Positions 29,157 to 39,319 of a DNA stretch of 64,000 nucleotides are shown here, piece by piece. Every line of letters starts with the position of its first letter. Within the stretch, counting starts at the first letter, position 1. Below the pieces are notes generated by a model. The model ran no database searches. It was not told where the DNA came from and saw only the letters and a program-made list of their open reading frames with translations. The position numbers and the translations under genes were made by a program. Source of the DNA: an uncultured Bacilli bacterium (GTDB taxonomy: Bacteria; Bacillota_I; Bacilli_A; RFN20; CAG-826); the NCBI GenBank assembly GCA_944336335.1, contig CALVLC010000001.1:1508-65507 (forward strand), read 5' to 3'.

Positions 29157-30353
29157 ATGGCAAAAGTTATGTCTGTTAACTGCGGTTCAAGCAGTGTTAA
29201 ATTCAAATTATATGAAATGCCTGAAGAAAAAGTTCTCTGCTCAGGTATTGTAGAAAGAATTGGTCACGATGATGGTATATTCACAATTAAATTTAATGGC
29301 GAAAAAGAAACAAAAGTTATTCCTGTTCCAGATCATGGATTTGCTGTCGATATCATAATTAAAGGGATGCTTGAGAAAAAGATTATTTCCCATTTAGACG
29401 AAATCAAAGCTGTTGGACATCGTGTTGTTCAAGGTGGAAGCTACTTCTCTCACTCAGTTTTATGGAGTGAAGATACAGTTAAAAAAGTTGAAAGTTTAAT
29501 TCCACTTGCACCACTTCATAATAAAGCTCACTTAACTGGATATGAGGCTTTCAAAAAAGCATTACCAAACGTTAAACAAGTAGCCATCTTCGATACTGCT
29601 TTCCATCAAACAATGGAAGAAGAAGATTACACATATCCAATTCCATTTGAATATACTGAAAAATATTCAATTAGAAGATATGGTGCTCACGGAACTTCCC
29701 ACAAATACTTAAGTGAAGTTGGCGAAAAATATATTCCAGAATGCCCAGAAAAACGTATGATTATTTGTCACCTTGGAAGTGGTGCTTCAATCACTGCTAC
29801 TAAAAATGGTAAATGTGTTTCTACATCAATGGGGCTCACTCCACTTGGTGGAATCATGATGAATTCAAGAACTGGTGATATGGATCCAAGCGTCTATTAT
29901 CAAATAGTTGCAATGAGCGGCAAAGATAATGAAACAGTTTTCCAAGAATTAAACAAAAAGAGTGGTTTATTAGGTGTTAGTGGTATTTCTAACGATTCAA
30001 GAGATGTCGAAGATGCTGCTAAAAAAGGCGATAAACATGCTATTCTTGCAATGAAACTTTGGGCTAGAAGAGTTGCTGACTTTATTGGCCAATACTATGT
30101 TAGACTTGGTGGATGTGACTTAATTATCTTCTCTGCCGGAATTGGTGAAAACGCACCTGATTATAGAGAAATTGCCTTAAATAACATTACTGAAGCACTC
30201 GGAGTTAGATACAGCAAAGAATTAGATGCTCAAATGGTTGGTGGCAAAGAAGGATTAATTTCAACACCTGATAGTAAAATTAAAGTTGCAGTTATCCCAA
30301 CCGATGAAGAAGTTATGATTGCACGTGATGCATATAACATTTGCTTAAAATAA
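29157..30353 (+). CDS. ackA: acetate kinase
   Basis: MSVNCGSSSVKFKLY N-terminus, RRYGAHGTSH, and an AAGGAG RBS. Confidence 0.95.
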   Translation: MAKVMSVNCGSSSVKFKLYEMPEEKVLCSGIVERIGHDDGIFTIKFNGEKETKVIPVPDHGFAVDIIIKGMLEKKIISHLDEIKAVGHRVVQGGSYFSHSVLWSEDTVKKVESLIPLAPLHNKAHLTGYEAFKKALPNVKQVAIFDTAFHQTMEEEDYTYPIPFEYTEKYSIRRYGAHGTSHKYLSEVGEKYIPECPEKRMIICHLGSGASITATKNGKCVSTSMGLTPLGGIMMNSRTGDMDPSVYYQIVAMSGKDNETVFQELNKKSGLLGVSGISNDSRDVEDAAKKGDKHAILAMKLWARRVADFIGQYYVRLGGCDLIIFSAGIGENAPDYREIALNNITEALGVRYSKELDAQMVGGKEGLISTPDSKIKVAVIPTDEEVMIARDAYNICLK

Positions 30354-30368
30354 TAGATAGGATACACA

Positions 30369-31370
30369 ATGGAGAAAAAAATAGATTATATAAAAATTGA
30401 AAACGACAAATTTAAAAAAGAATTTTCTTTAGTTTTAAGACAAATTAAAAGATACAACAAAATAGCAATTTTCCGCCATATTATGCCTGATTTTGATGCA
30501 TTAGGTACTCAATTTGGTCTTGCAACTTGGATTAAAGAAAATTTTCCAGATAAAGATGTAAAAATTTTAGGAGATAACCACGTTACTTTTACTCCACGTG
30601 GTCTTTTTCCTGAAACTGATAAAGTAAATGATAGTTGGTTTGAAGATTTTTTAGCTATTATTGTTGACGTTGGCGATAAAAAACGTATTGCTGACCCACG
30701 ATTTGAAAAAGCTAAATATACAATTAAAATCGACCACCACCCAGAAACAGACAAAATTTTTGATTTAGCAATTACTGATACAACAAAAGCCGCTGCAAGT
30801 GAACTCGTTGCTAATATGCTCATATCTTTTAAAGATTATAAATTAAGCGAAATTGCTGCTAAATATCTTTATATTGCTCTTGTTGGCGATAGCGGAAGAT
30901 TTATGTATTCTTCAACCACTCCTCATACTTTTAAGGTTGCTTCTTATTTACTTAAGACAGGCATTAAAATCACTTCAATTTATGCGTTAATGTATGAAAA
31001 GAATGTTGCTGATTTAGAAGTTACTAAATTCATCTTAAATAACTATAAAGTCTCTCCACACGGAGTTGCTTATTATGTTTTAACAAATGATGACTTGATT
31101 AAACTTGACTTAACAAGTGAAAGAGGAAAAGAAAACGTTAATCTTTTCTCTAATATCAAAGGTATAAATATTTGGTGCTCAATTACCGAAGACATCACTG
31201 AACCTTGTTTTAGAATTTCAATTAGAACAAGAGATTATGTAATTAATGGTGTTGCTAGTGAATTTAAAGGTGGCGGACATGCACAAGCAAGCGGCTGCCA
31301 AATTAAAGACCTCACCGAACTTGATACATTTATAAATCGTTTAGACGAATTAATTGTTACAGGTAAATAA
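30369..31370 (+). CDS. nrnA: DHH/DHHA1 phosphoesterase (NrnA-type nanoRNase/pAp phosphatase)
   Basis: HIMPDFDALG, IDHHPE (DHH motif) and GGGHAQASG (DHHA1 motif). Confidence 0.75.
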   Translation: MEKKIDYIKIENDKFKKEFSLVLRQIKRYNKIAIFRHIMPDFDALGTQFGLATWIKENFPDKDVKILGDNHVTFTPRGLFPETDKVNDSWFEDFLAIIVDVGDKKRIADPRFEKAKYTIKIDHHPETDKIFDLAITDTTKAAASELVANMLISFKDYKLSEIAAKYLYIALVGDSGRFMYSSTTPHTFKVASYLLKTGIKITSIYALMYEKNVADLEVTKFILNNYKVSPHGVAYYVLTNDDLIKLDLTSERGKENVNLFSNIKGINIWCSITEDITEPCFRISIRTRDYVINGVASEFKGGGHAQASGCQIKDLTELDTFINRLDELIVTGK

Positions 31371-34300
31371 TGTCTTTTATTCCACTTCATATTCGCAGTA
31401 GTTATTCATTCTTAAAAAGTGGAATTCTTTTTAAGAATCTTTTCAAAATGGCTAAAGAATGCGGATATGAGGAATTAGGACTAACAGATTTAAGTGTAAT
31501 GTATGGCTTACCTGAATTTGTAGCTTATGCAAAAGAAAATAACATTACTCCAATTTTAGGAATGGATGTTAAATGTGATAACTACTTCTTTTCTTTATTC
31601 ATTCAAAATGAAACTGGTTATTCAAATCTTTGTCATATCACATCTTTAGTCTCAAAAGCTCATTTAGACGGAAAAGAGCTAACTTTTGCAGAGATTTTGC
31701 CTTATGTAGATGGTTTAATTTGTGTATTGCCTATTGGCTATAACCCAATTTTTAAAGAAGTCAATTCCAATTTAAAAGATGAACTTTTGAAGATTTCAAA
31801 AGTTTTTAAGCATATCTTTATCGGAATTGAAATCTACCATAAAGAAGAAATCCCTCATGTCAATTTAATAAGAGAATTTGCATTAAAATATGCTTATGAA
31901 ACAATTGCTTTCCCTTATATTCGTTATCTTAAAAAAGAAGATGCAATTGTTATAAATATGCTTGATGCAATCCGATTGAACACAACGATTGAGCAAAGTT
32001 TAGTGCCTACTGACTCTGACTTTTTCTTCAAAACAAAAGAAGAAATCGTTAAATTTTATACTCCTCTAGAGCTTAAAGATTGTGAGAAAATCAAAAACTT
32101 AATAAATTTTGATTTTAATAGGAAACGTGGCGAATTAATACATTATCTTGATAAAAATGATGAAGAAACTCGACTTTACTTTATTGATTTAATTAAAGCA
32201 GGTGCTAAAAAACATGGTTTAGATTTAGATAACAAAATTTATAAGCACCGCTTGAATTATGAATATCAAACCATTAAAAATTTAGGGTACATTAACTATT
32301 TTTTGGTTGTTCAAGATTATGTAAATTATGCTAAAAATAACGATATCCCTGTTGGACCAGGAAGAGGTTCAGCTGCTGGTAGTTTAATTTCATATTGTCT
32401 AGGAATCACCGATGTTGATCCAATTAAATATAATTTGCTTTTTGAAAGATTTTTAAACGCCAAAAGAAATTCATTACCTGATATTGATATTGATATTTCT
32501 GACGTTCGTAGAGAAGAAATCATATCCTATTTAATGAATAAATATGGAAATTTAAAAGTTGCTAGAGTAGCTGCTTTCCAAACAATTGCTGCCAAGCAAG
32601 CCATAAGAGATACAGCCAGAGTTTATGGATTCCCTGCTTCTTTTGTAAGTGAACTTTCCAAAACTATTCCAAATAATTTTAAAGATGAAAACGCTAAAAA
32701 CTTCTCTTTAGACTATGCTTACGAACATATTCCAGCATTTAAAAATGCAGTAGATAGTGATGTTGATTATAAATTTATCTTTAAACAAGCTCATTACATT
32801 GAAGGTTTGCCTCGTCAAAGAGGACTACATGCTGCTGGTGTAATTTTGAACCAAGAAGATCTTACAAGTCATATTCCAGTAAATTATGAAAATGAGAATG
32901 AACTTGTTACACAATATGAAAAAAACTATCTTGAAAAGCAAGGTTTTCTCAAAATGGATATTCTTGGCTTATCTAATTTAACAGTAATCGATAATTGCCT
33001 TAAAAAAATCAAAAAAACCCGCAAAATTGACTTAAAAATGGAAGATATTCCTTTTGATACACCTGAAATTTTTAAACTAATTAGTGAATTTAAAACAATG
33101 GGTATTTTTCAGCTTGATACCAGTGCTGCTTATAATGCAATTGTTAACATTAAACCGAATTCTTTTTTAGATGTTGTTGCAACTATTTCATTAGATCGTC
33201 CTGGTCCAATGCAATTTATTCCAACATTCTCACGTAGAAAACATGGGCAAGAAAGGATTAACTATCTTTCTAGAACACTTGCTCCAATTTTAAAAGAAAC
33301 ATATGGAATTATTGTTTACCAAGAACAAATTATGCAAATTGCTCAAGCTTATGCTTCTTTCTCCTTTGCTGATGCTGATATATTTAGAAAAGCCATCAGT
33401 AAAAAAGATCGCCATGAACTTTTAGAAATGAAACAAAAATTTATTAAAGGTAGCGTTGCTAATGGCCATAATGGAGTTGAAGCTAATACTTTATTTGAAC
33501 AAATTTTGAAATTTGCTAACTATGGTTTTAATAAATCTCATGCTGTAGCTTATGCCATGATTGCTTGTAAAGAAGCTTATTTAAAAGCTAATTACCCTGT
33601 TGAATTTTATTGTTCGATTCTAGATCAACAATATGGAAGTAACGACACCAAATTCTCTCGCTATTTAGGTGAAATCAGAAGTTCCAAGATAAAAATTTAT
33701 TTACCAAACATTAACGAATCAACATTAAAATTTGAAATGTATAATGATGGCTTGCTAATGCCACTTCTTGGAATCAGCAATCTTCCTTCAAGAGTTGTAA
33801 CTTCAATTGTATGGGAAAGGTCACAATATGGGCCATACGAATCATTTATTAATTTTGTAGTTAGAATGACCTATTTTGATGAAAAAATATCAGATTCAAT
33901 ATTATCAAAATTAATTGATGCTGGTGCTTTTGATACACTTTACTCAAATCGTAAAGCTTTAAAGATGTCAATTCCAAACGCAATTCAATATGGAAGCATG
34001 GTAAAAAGTTCAGAAGGAAAATTAATTAACGATTTCGGAATGGAATATCACATTCCAGATGTAATCGATGATCCAATAGAAAGACTCGATAATGAATGCG
34101 AAGCACTTGGAGTTATGATAAGTGATTCTCCATTAAATCACTTACCAGAAGAACTTCAAAATTTGAAGCATACTCTTATCGGTGATTTAAAAGTTGGCCA
34201 AACAACTACTATTGTCGGAATTGTTCGTTCGATTAAAAATATTGTTGTTAAAAATGGAAAAGATAAAGGTAAACCAATGGCATTTGTTACTGTTTTTGAT

Positions 34301-34453
34301 GAAAGTGGCGAAGTTGATACAACTTTCTTCTCTTCAATCTGGGCAACTGCTGTTAGTGATATTGAAATAAATAAGATTGTTGTTCTTTCAGGACGATATG
34401 AAATGAGAAATAACTTAGGAAATTTCTTAGTTGGAACTATAAAGGTGGTATAA
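31370..34453 (+). CDS. dnaE: DNA polymerase III alpha subunit (DnaE-type)
   Basis: 1027 aa with the N-terminal PHP domain FIPLHIRSSYSFL, VGPGRGSAAGSL, PDIDIDI and FNKSHAVAYA. Confidence 0.9.
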   Translation: MSFIPLHIRSSYSFLKSGILFKNLFKMAKECGYEELGLTDLSVMYGLPEFVAYAKENNITPILGMDVKCDNYFFSLFIQNETGYSNLCHITSLVSKAHLDGKELTFAEILPYVDGLICVLPIGYNPIFKEVNSNLKDELLKISKVFKHIFIGIEIYHKEEIPHVNLIREFALKYAYETIAFPYIRYLKKEDAIVINMLDAIRLNTTIEQSLVPTDSDFFFKTKEEIVKFYTPLELKDCEKIKNLINFDFNRKRGELIHYLDKNDEETRLYFIDLIKAGAKKHGLDLDNKIYKHRLNYEYQTIKNLGYINYFLVVQDYVNYAKNNDIPVGPGRGSAAGSLISYCLGITDVDPIKYNLLFERFLNAKRNSLPDIDIDISDVRREEIISYLMNKYGNLKVARVAAFQTIAAKQAIRDTARVYGFPASFVSELSKTIPNNFKDENAKNFSLDYAYEHIPAFKNAVDSDVDYKFIFKQAHYIEGLPRQRGLHAAGVILNQEDLTSHIPVNYENENELVTQYEKNYLEKQGFLKMDILGLSNLTVIDNCLKKIKKTRKIDLKMEDIPFDTPEIFKLISEFKTMGIFQLDTSAAYNAIVNIKPNSFLDVVATISLDRPGPMQFIPTFSRRKHGQERINYLSRTLAPILKETYGIIVYQEQIMQIAQAYASFSFADADIFRKAISKKDRHELLEMKQKFIKGSVANGHNGVEANTLFEQILKFANYGFNKSHAVAYAMIACKEAYLKANYPVEFYCSILDQQYGSNDTKFSRYLGEIRSSKIKIYLPNINESTLKFEMYNDGLLMPLLGISNLPSRVVTSIVWERSQYGPYESFINFVVRMTYFDEKISDSILSKLIDAGAFDTLYSNRKALKMSIPNAIQYGSMVKSSEGKLINDFGMEYHIPDVIDDPIERLDNECEALGVMISDSPLNHLPEELQNLKHTLIGDLKVGQTTTIVGIVRSIKNIVVKNGKDKGKPMAFVTVFDESGEVDTTFFSSIWATAVSDIEINKIVVLSGRYEMRNNLGNFLVGTIKVV

Positions 34454-34455
34454 AT

Positions 34456-37050
34456 ATGTCAAAGATTATTGTAATTGATGGAAATAGTTTATTGTTTAGA
34501 GCTTTCTATGCAACATATTTTGACCCTTCCAATATCATGAGAACAAAAAGTGGGCAAGCTACTAATGCTATTTTCGCTTTTTCAAATATGATTACTTCAC
34601 TTTTGTCTAATCTTAAAAAAGGTGATGGTATTTTTGTTGCATTTGATGCGGGTAAACATACGTTTCGTCATCAAGAATATAAAGAATATAAAGCAAATCG
34701 TCCTCCACTACCTGAAGATTTAATTTCTCAATTCCCTATCGCCAGAGAATTTCTTGATAAATTAAATATTACTCACTATGAATGTGATAACCTTGAAGCT
34801 GATGACATTTGTGGAATTATTGCTGATAAAGCTCAAAAAGAAGGCTACAAAGTTTATATCTATACAAGTGATAAAGATTATTTGCAATTAATCGATGAAA
34901 ACATCACAATCGAACTCATCAAAAAAGGTTTAAAAGACATTAAAGAAATGACTCCAGAAACTTTTAAAGAAGAATGGGGTTTTAAACCTATTCAAATTAC
35001 TGACTATAAAGGATTAAGAGGAGACGATTCTGATAACCTTAAAGGCATACCTGGAGTCGGTGATAAAACTGCAAAACAATTAATACAAAAGTTTGGTGAT
35101 TTAGAAAACATCATTTTAAATGCTGACACCAAAACTAAAGTCGGTCGAAACATTATTGACTTCCAAGAAAACGGAAGAATGTGCAAACATCTTGCTATCA
35201 TTGCAAAAGATCAAGAGCTTCCAATCACAGTAAATAACACTATTTATGATGGATATAAATTTAACTCTGTAACAGAATTTGCAAATAAATACGAATTTAA
35301 ACACTTAGTTTCAAAAATGCCAAAATCTTTTAAAATTGAAGAGAAACTAAATGAAAAAGTTGAGTTTTGCGAAGTTTTTGATTCATACGAATTGAATTTT
35401 GAAGATAGAATTGGCATTGATGTTGATATAGAAAATGTCAATTACCATGACGCTATGTTTAATGGCTTAGCCTTTTCCGTAAACGATAAAACTTACTACA
35501 TCAGTAAAACCAATCTATTAAAAGATGAGAAACTTCTCTCGATTTTAAAAGATGAAAATATCAAAAAATTCGCATTTGATTTTAAAAAAATTCGCTACAT
35601 TTTAGTAAAAAATAATATTGAAGTTAATGGACTATTTTTTGATTTAGGCCTTGCTAGTTATCTTCTTGATTCATCAATTAAAAATGATATTGAAAGTGTA
35701 TTGAATTATTATTCTATCGATATTAGTTATGCCACTACTAAAGATTTACTTTTTGATGATTCTTCAAGACAAATCGCAATAGCTAGTGCTTACTACTCCT
35801 TATATCTTTATGAAAACATTAAGAAGAAATTGATGGATAGAAATCAATATGATCTTCTTATCGATATCGAGCAACCTTTAACTATTGTTCTTTGCGACAT
35901 GGAACTTGAAGGCTTCCCGCTAGATAAAGATACACTTCTTTCTTTTAAAGAAATTTATCAGGAAAAACTTAACATTTTAACAAAAGAAATTCATGAACTT
36001 GCCGGAGAAGAATTTAATATAAATTCTCCAAAACAAGTTTCGCATATTTTATTTGAAAAGCTTAACTTAAAAGGAAACAAAAAAGGTTCTACTAGTGTTG
36101 AAGTTTTAGAGTCTTTAAAAGATGCTCATCCAATCATTCCGAAGATTTTAGAATATCGTAAATACGCAAAAATTATTTCAACTTATGTTGATGGACTTAT
36201 TCCTTTTATTCATGAAGATGGAAAAGTTCATTCAACATTTAATCAAGCTCTTACAACTACAGGCCGTTTATCATCAAGCGAACCAAATCTTCAAAACATT
36301 TCCACACGTGATGAAGAAGGTAAACAAATTAGAAAAGCTTTTTTCTACAAAGAAAAAAATTTATCAATTTTATCTTTAGATTATTCTCAAATTGAACTTC
36401 GAATTTTAGCACATCTATCAGGAGCAACCAGTATGATTAATTTCTTCAATAATGATGAAGACGTTCATGCTTCTACTGCAATTAAAATCTTTAACCTAGA
36501 TAGAGAGCCAACTAGTGCTGAAAGACGACAAGCCAAAACCGTCAACTTTGGTATTGTCTACGGAATCAGTGATTATGGTTTAAGTGAACAGCTTGATTGC
36601 TCCATTTTCGAAGCAAAAGAAATCATTAAAAACTTCTATCAAGCTTTCCCAGAAATTAAAAGATTTTTAAATCACCTAATTGATGAAGCTACTGAAAAAG
36701 GCTATGCCGAAACGATGTTCCATAGAAGAAGATATCTTCCTGAACTTCAATCAACTCAATATCAAGTTAGAGAATTTGCTAAACGTGCGGCTATGAATGC
36801 TCCAATTCAAGGTAGTGCTGCTGATTTAATGAAAGTTTCGATGATAAAAGTTTATAACGCTATAAAAGAAAAAGGATTTAAATCAAAAATTGTTTCCCAA
36901 ATTCATGACGAATTAATTTTCAAAGTTTACGAAGATGAAAAAGATGAATTTTACAGAACTGTAAAAGACGTTATGGAAAGTGCAGTTAAGTTACAAGTCA
37001 AATTAAAAGTAGATGGAGGTTATGCTAGAGACTGGTTCTCTGCTAAGTAA
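34456..37050 (+). CDS. polA: DNA polymerase I
   Basis: 864 aa with a 5'-nuclease domain (LIVIDGNSLLFRAFYA, GIPGVGDKTA) and polymerase motifs DYSQIELRILAHLS, RRQAKTVNFGIVYG and QIHDELIF. Confidence 0.95.
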   Translation: MSKIIVIDGNSLLFRAFYATYFDPSNIMRTKSGQATNAIFAFSNMITSLLSNLKKGDGIFVAFDAGKHTFRHQEYKEYKANRPPLPEDLISQFPIAREFLDKLNITHYECDNLEADDICGIIADKAQKEGYKVYIYTSDKDYLQLIDENITIELIKKGLKDIKEMTPETFKEEWGFKPIQITDYKGLRGDDSDNLKGIPGVGDKTAKQLIQKFGDLENIILNADTKTKVGRNIIDFQENGRMCKHLAIIAKDQELPITVNNTIYDGYKFNSVTEFANKYEFKHLVSKMPKSFKIEEKLNEKVEFCEVFDSYELNFEDRIGIDVDIENVNYHDAMFNGLAFSVNDKTYYISKTNLLKDEKLLSILKDENIKKFAFDFKKIRYILVKNNIEVNGLFFDLGLASYLLDSSIKNDIESVLNYYSIDISYATTKDLLFDDSSRQIAIASAYYSLYLYENIKKKLMDRNQYDLLIDIEQPLTIVLCDMELEGFPLDKDTLLSFKEIYQEKLNILTKEIHELAGEEFNINSPKQVSHILFEKLNLKGNKKGSTSVEVLESLKDAHPIIPKILEYRKYAKIISTYVDGLIPFIHEDGKVHSTFNQALTTTGRLSSSEPNLQNISTRDEEGKQIRKAFFYKEKNLSILSLDYSQIELRILAHLSGATSMINFFNNDEDVHASTAIKIFNLDREPTSAERRQAKTVNFGIVYGISDYGLSEQLDCSIFEAKEIIKNFYQAFPEIKRFLNHLIDEATEKGYAETMFHRRRYLPELQSTQYQVREFAKRAAMNAPIQGSAADLMKVSMIKVYNAIKEKGFKSKIVSQIHDELIFKVYEDEKDEFYRTVKDVMESAVKLQVKLKVDGGYARDWFSAK

Positions 37051-37052
37051 AT

Positions 37053-38435
37053 ATGCCTGAATTACCTGAAGTTGAAACTGTAAAAAATATACTTGAACCT
37101 TTAATTGCTAATAAAACAATTGACCACGTCGAAGTATTTTATGATCGACTTGTTCAATCTGATTTAAATGAATTCAAAGAAAAATTAAAAGGTAAAAAAT
37201 TTTTAAGTTTATCTCGATATGGAAAATTTCTATTCTTTCATTTAAGTGATGATTTAGTCATTATTTCTCATTTAAGAATGGAAGGAAAATATCGTTATAC
37301 AAAAGAAGCTAACCCTCGTATAAAAGCAACTTCTGCTCTTTTTTATCTAACTGATGGTACCTATTTAGCCTATGATGACACAAGAAAATTTGGTTTAATG
37401 TATCTCACTGATGAAAAGAATTACAAAAAAGTGCCAATGATTCAAAAGCTAGGTGTCGAAGCAAACAAAATTCAAGACTCAGACTTAGAAACTTTATATA
37501 AAAAATTTAATCGCAAAAAACCAATGAAGGATTTGCTCCTTGATCAAACTATTTTGTGTGGTATCGGAAATATTTATGCAGATGAAATTTTATATCAATG
37601 CAATATAAATCCTTTAACTAAAGGTTCGGATTTAACTCACGAAGATATTGATAACATCGCAAAATATGCAAAAATCACACTTGATCGTGCTATAAAACTT
37701 GGCGGTTCAACAATCCATAGTTTTCATCCTAGCGAAGGTGTTGACGGACGTTTCCAAGAAAAGCTTTTAGCTTATGGCCGAAATGGTGAAACTTGCCCAA
37801 ATTGTGGAACAAGATTTCATAAAATTTTTGTAAGCGGACGCGGAACAACTTTTTGTCCAAACTGTCAAATTAACCATGAACTTGAAAAAGCCATCGGAAT
37901 TACTGGCCCAATAGGAAGTGGAAAATCCACTATTTTAAATTACTTAAAAACTAAAAACTACAGTACCATATCTTGTGATGAACTAGTTCATGAATTGTAC
38001 AGAGATCCACTGCACAAAATAAAAGTCAGTAAAATTTTACGTCATCCATTTGACATCGATAATCCAGCTTTAGTTCATCAAACTAGAGAAATAATGATTC
38101 AAAATCCTTATATCAAAAAGGCTGTTGAAGACTATATTTACCCAATTTTAGAAGAAAAACTCCTGCAAATCCTTGATAAAAATGAAAAAGTCGCTATTGA
38201 AGCACCAACTCTTTTTAAAGCACATCTTGAATATTTATTTAAAACAATTTTAGTTATTGAAATCTCAGAAGAACAACAAATTAAAAATTTAAAAAATAGA
38301 AACGACAATGTCACTTCTTCTAAATCATTAAACAAAGATTATTTTTTTGTAAAGTCAAATAAAATCAAAATTATTAAAGCAAATGGAAATTTTGAAGATT
38401 TATATAAGCAAGTAGATAAAGCGCTTGAAAATTAA
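37053..38435 (+). CDS. mutM-coaE: fused formamidopyrimidine-DNA glycosylase / dephospho-CoA kinase
   Basis: Residues 1 to about 275 are Fpg (MPELPEVETV, zinc finger CPNCGTRF...FCPNCQ). After an 8-aa linker comes CoaE (IGITGPIGSGKST). It is a single uninterrupted 460-codon ORF. Confidence 0.85.
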   Translation: MPELPEVETVKNILEPLIANKTIDHVEVFYDRLVQSDLNEFKEKLKGKKFLSLSRYGKFLFFHLSDDLVIISHLRMEGKYRYTKEANPRIKATSALFYLTDGTYLAYDDTRKFGLMYLTDEKNYKKVPMIQKLGVEANKIQDSDLETLYKKFNRKKPMKDLLLDQTILCGIGNIYADEILYQCNINPLTKGSDLTHEDIDNIAKYAKITLDRAIKLGGSTIHSFHPSEGVDGRFQEKLLAYGRNGETCPNCGTRFHKIFVSGRGTTFCPNCQINHELEKAIGITGPIGSGKSTILNYLKTKNYSTISCDELVHELYRDPLHKIKVSKILRHPFDIDNPALVHQTREIMIQNPYIKKAVEDYIYPILEEKLLQILDKNEKVAIEAPTLFKAHLEYLFKTILVIEISEEQQIKNLKNRNDNVTSSKSLNKDYFFVKSNKIKIIKANGNFEDLYKQVDKALEN

Positions 38436-39316
38436 TAAAGTGCTAAACTTCCAGCATCAACAAGTCCATTACATTTTGTTCTAATTAAATCAAATATTTT
38501 TTTGCTAATAATATCTTTACCATATTTTTTAAATGTATATAATTCTTCAACTTCATCAAAATTAAAATCACTAGTGAAAATTGTTAATTTATTTTTAGCA
38601 TTTCTCTCTTGGATAATCGGAAGTAAGATTGTATCTCTAATTAATTCGTTTTTATATTCGCTTCCAAAGTTATCAATTACTAAAAAGTCAACGTTTGAAT
38701 ATTGATTTAAGAGTTCATTAAAGTAAGATTTATCTGTAAAGTAGAGTTCATTAAGTTGTTTAAATCTTAAAATAGAATCAGCAAAGCCATATGAATAATT
38801 TTTATATTTTTTCATCGAGTATAGTTTGCGTAATAAAGCAAAAGATGCATAACTACGGCCGCTTCTAGGTGCTCCGTAAAGATAAATCCAACGCCCATTT
38901 TTTAACTTATTGTTGATATCTTTAGTCAAACTTTTAATACATTTTTCTAAGTTTGCATCTGTTGGTAAACTAGTAAAATCATATACAAAGAAATGATTTA
39001 AAAAGTCAGTGTAATCTTTAAAAGGTTTAAGTGTTTCAAAATTTCTTTCAATTAATGTACCATTTCTAACCAAAACTAAACGTTGAGTCATATTTTTTTT
39101 AATACAATCTTCATAAGTTTTAATTTCTTTAGCTTTATGCATATCGTCTAAATATTCTTTAAACTTAGTGACATTCTTTTTTATCTCGAGATTGTTCCAA
39201 CCTTCTTCAACAAGCGTAGGATAAAATTCATCATTTAGTATCTCGTTATAAAGCTGATCAGAGTAAGCGTCTAAATCTTTAACTGATATTTTGATTGGAG
39301 ATTTAATTTTTTCCAT
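38432..39316 (-). CDS. dnaI: DnaI-like helicase-loader AAA+ protein (atypical Walker A)
   Basis: 294 aa. Walker A-like YLYGAPRSGRSYAS, Walker B LVIDNFGSE, and TIFTSDFNFDEVEELY resemble DnaI/DnaC. It sits downstream of the DnaB/DnaD-like gene, as in the Bacillus dnaB-dnaI operon. Confidence 0.6.
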   Translation of the reverse strand: MEKIKSPIKISVKDLDAYSDQLYNEILNDEFYPTLVEEGWNNLEIKKNVTKFKEYLDDMHKAKEIKTYEDCIKKNMTQRLVLVRNGTLIERNFETLKPFKDYTDFLNHFFVYDFTSLPTDANLEKCIKSLTKDINNKLKNGRWIYLYGAPRSGRSYASFALLRKLYSMKKYKNYSYGFADSILRFKQLNELYFTDKSYFNELLNQYSNVDFLVIDNFGSEYKNELIRDTILLPIIQERNAKNKLTIFTSDFNFDEVEELYTFKKYGKDIISKKIFDLIRTKCNGLVDAGSLALY

Positions 39317-39319
39317 ATT

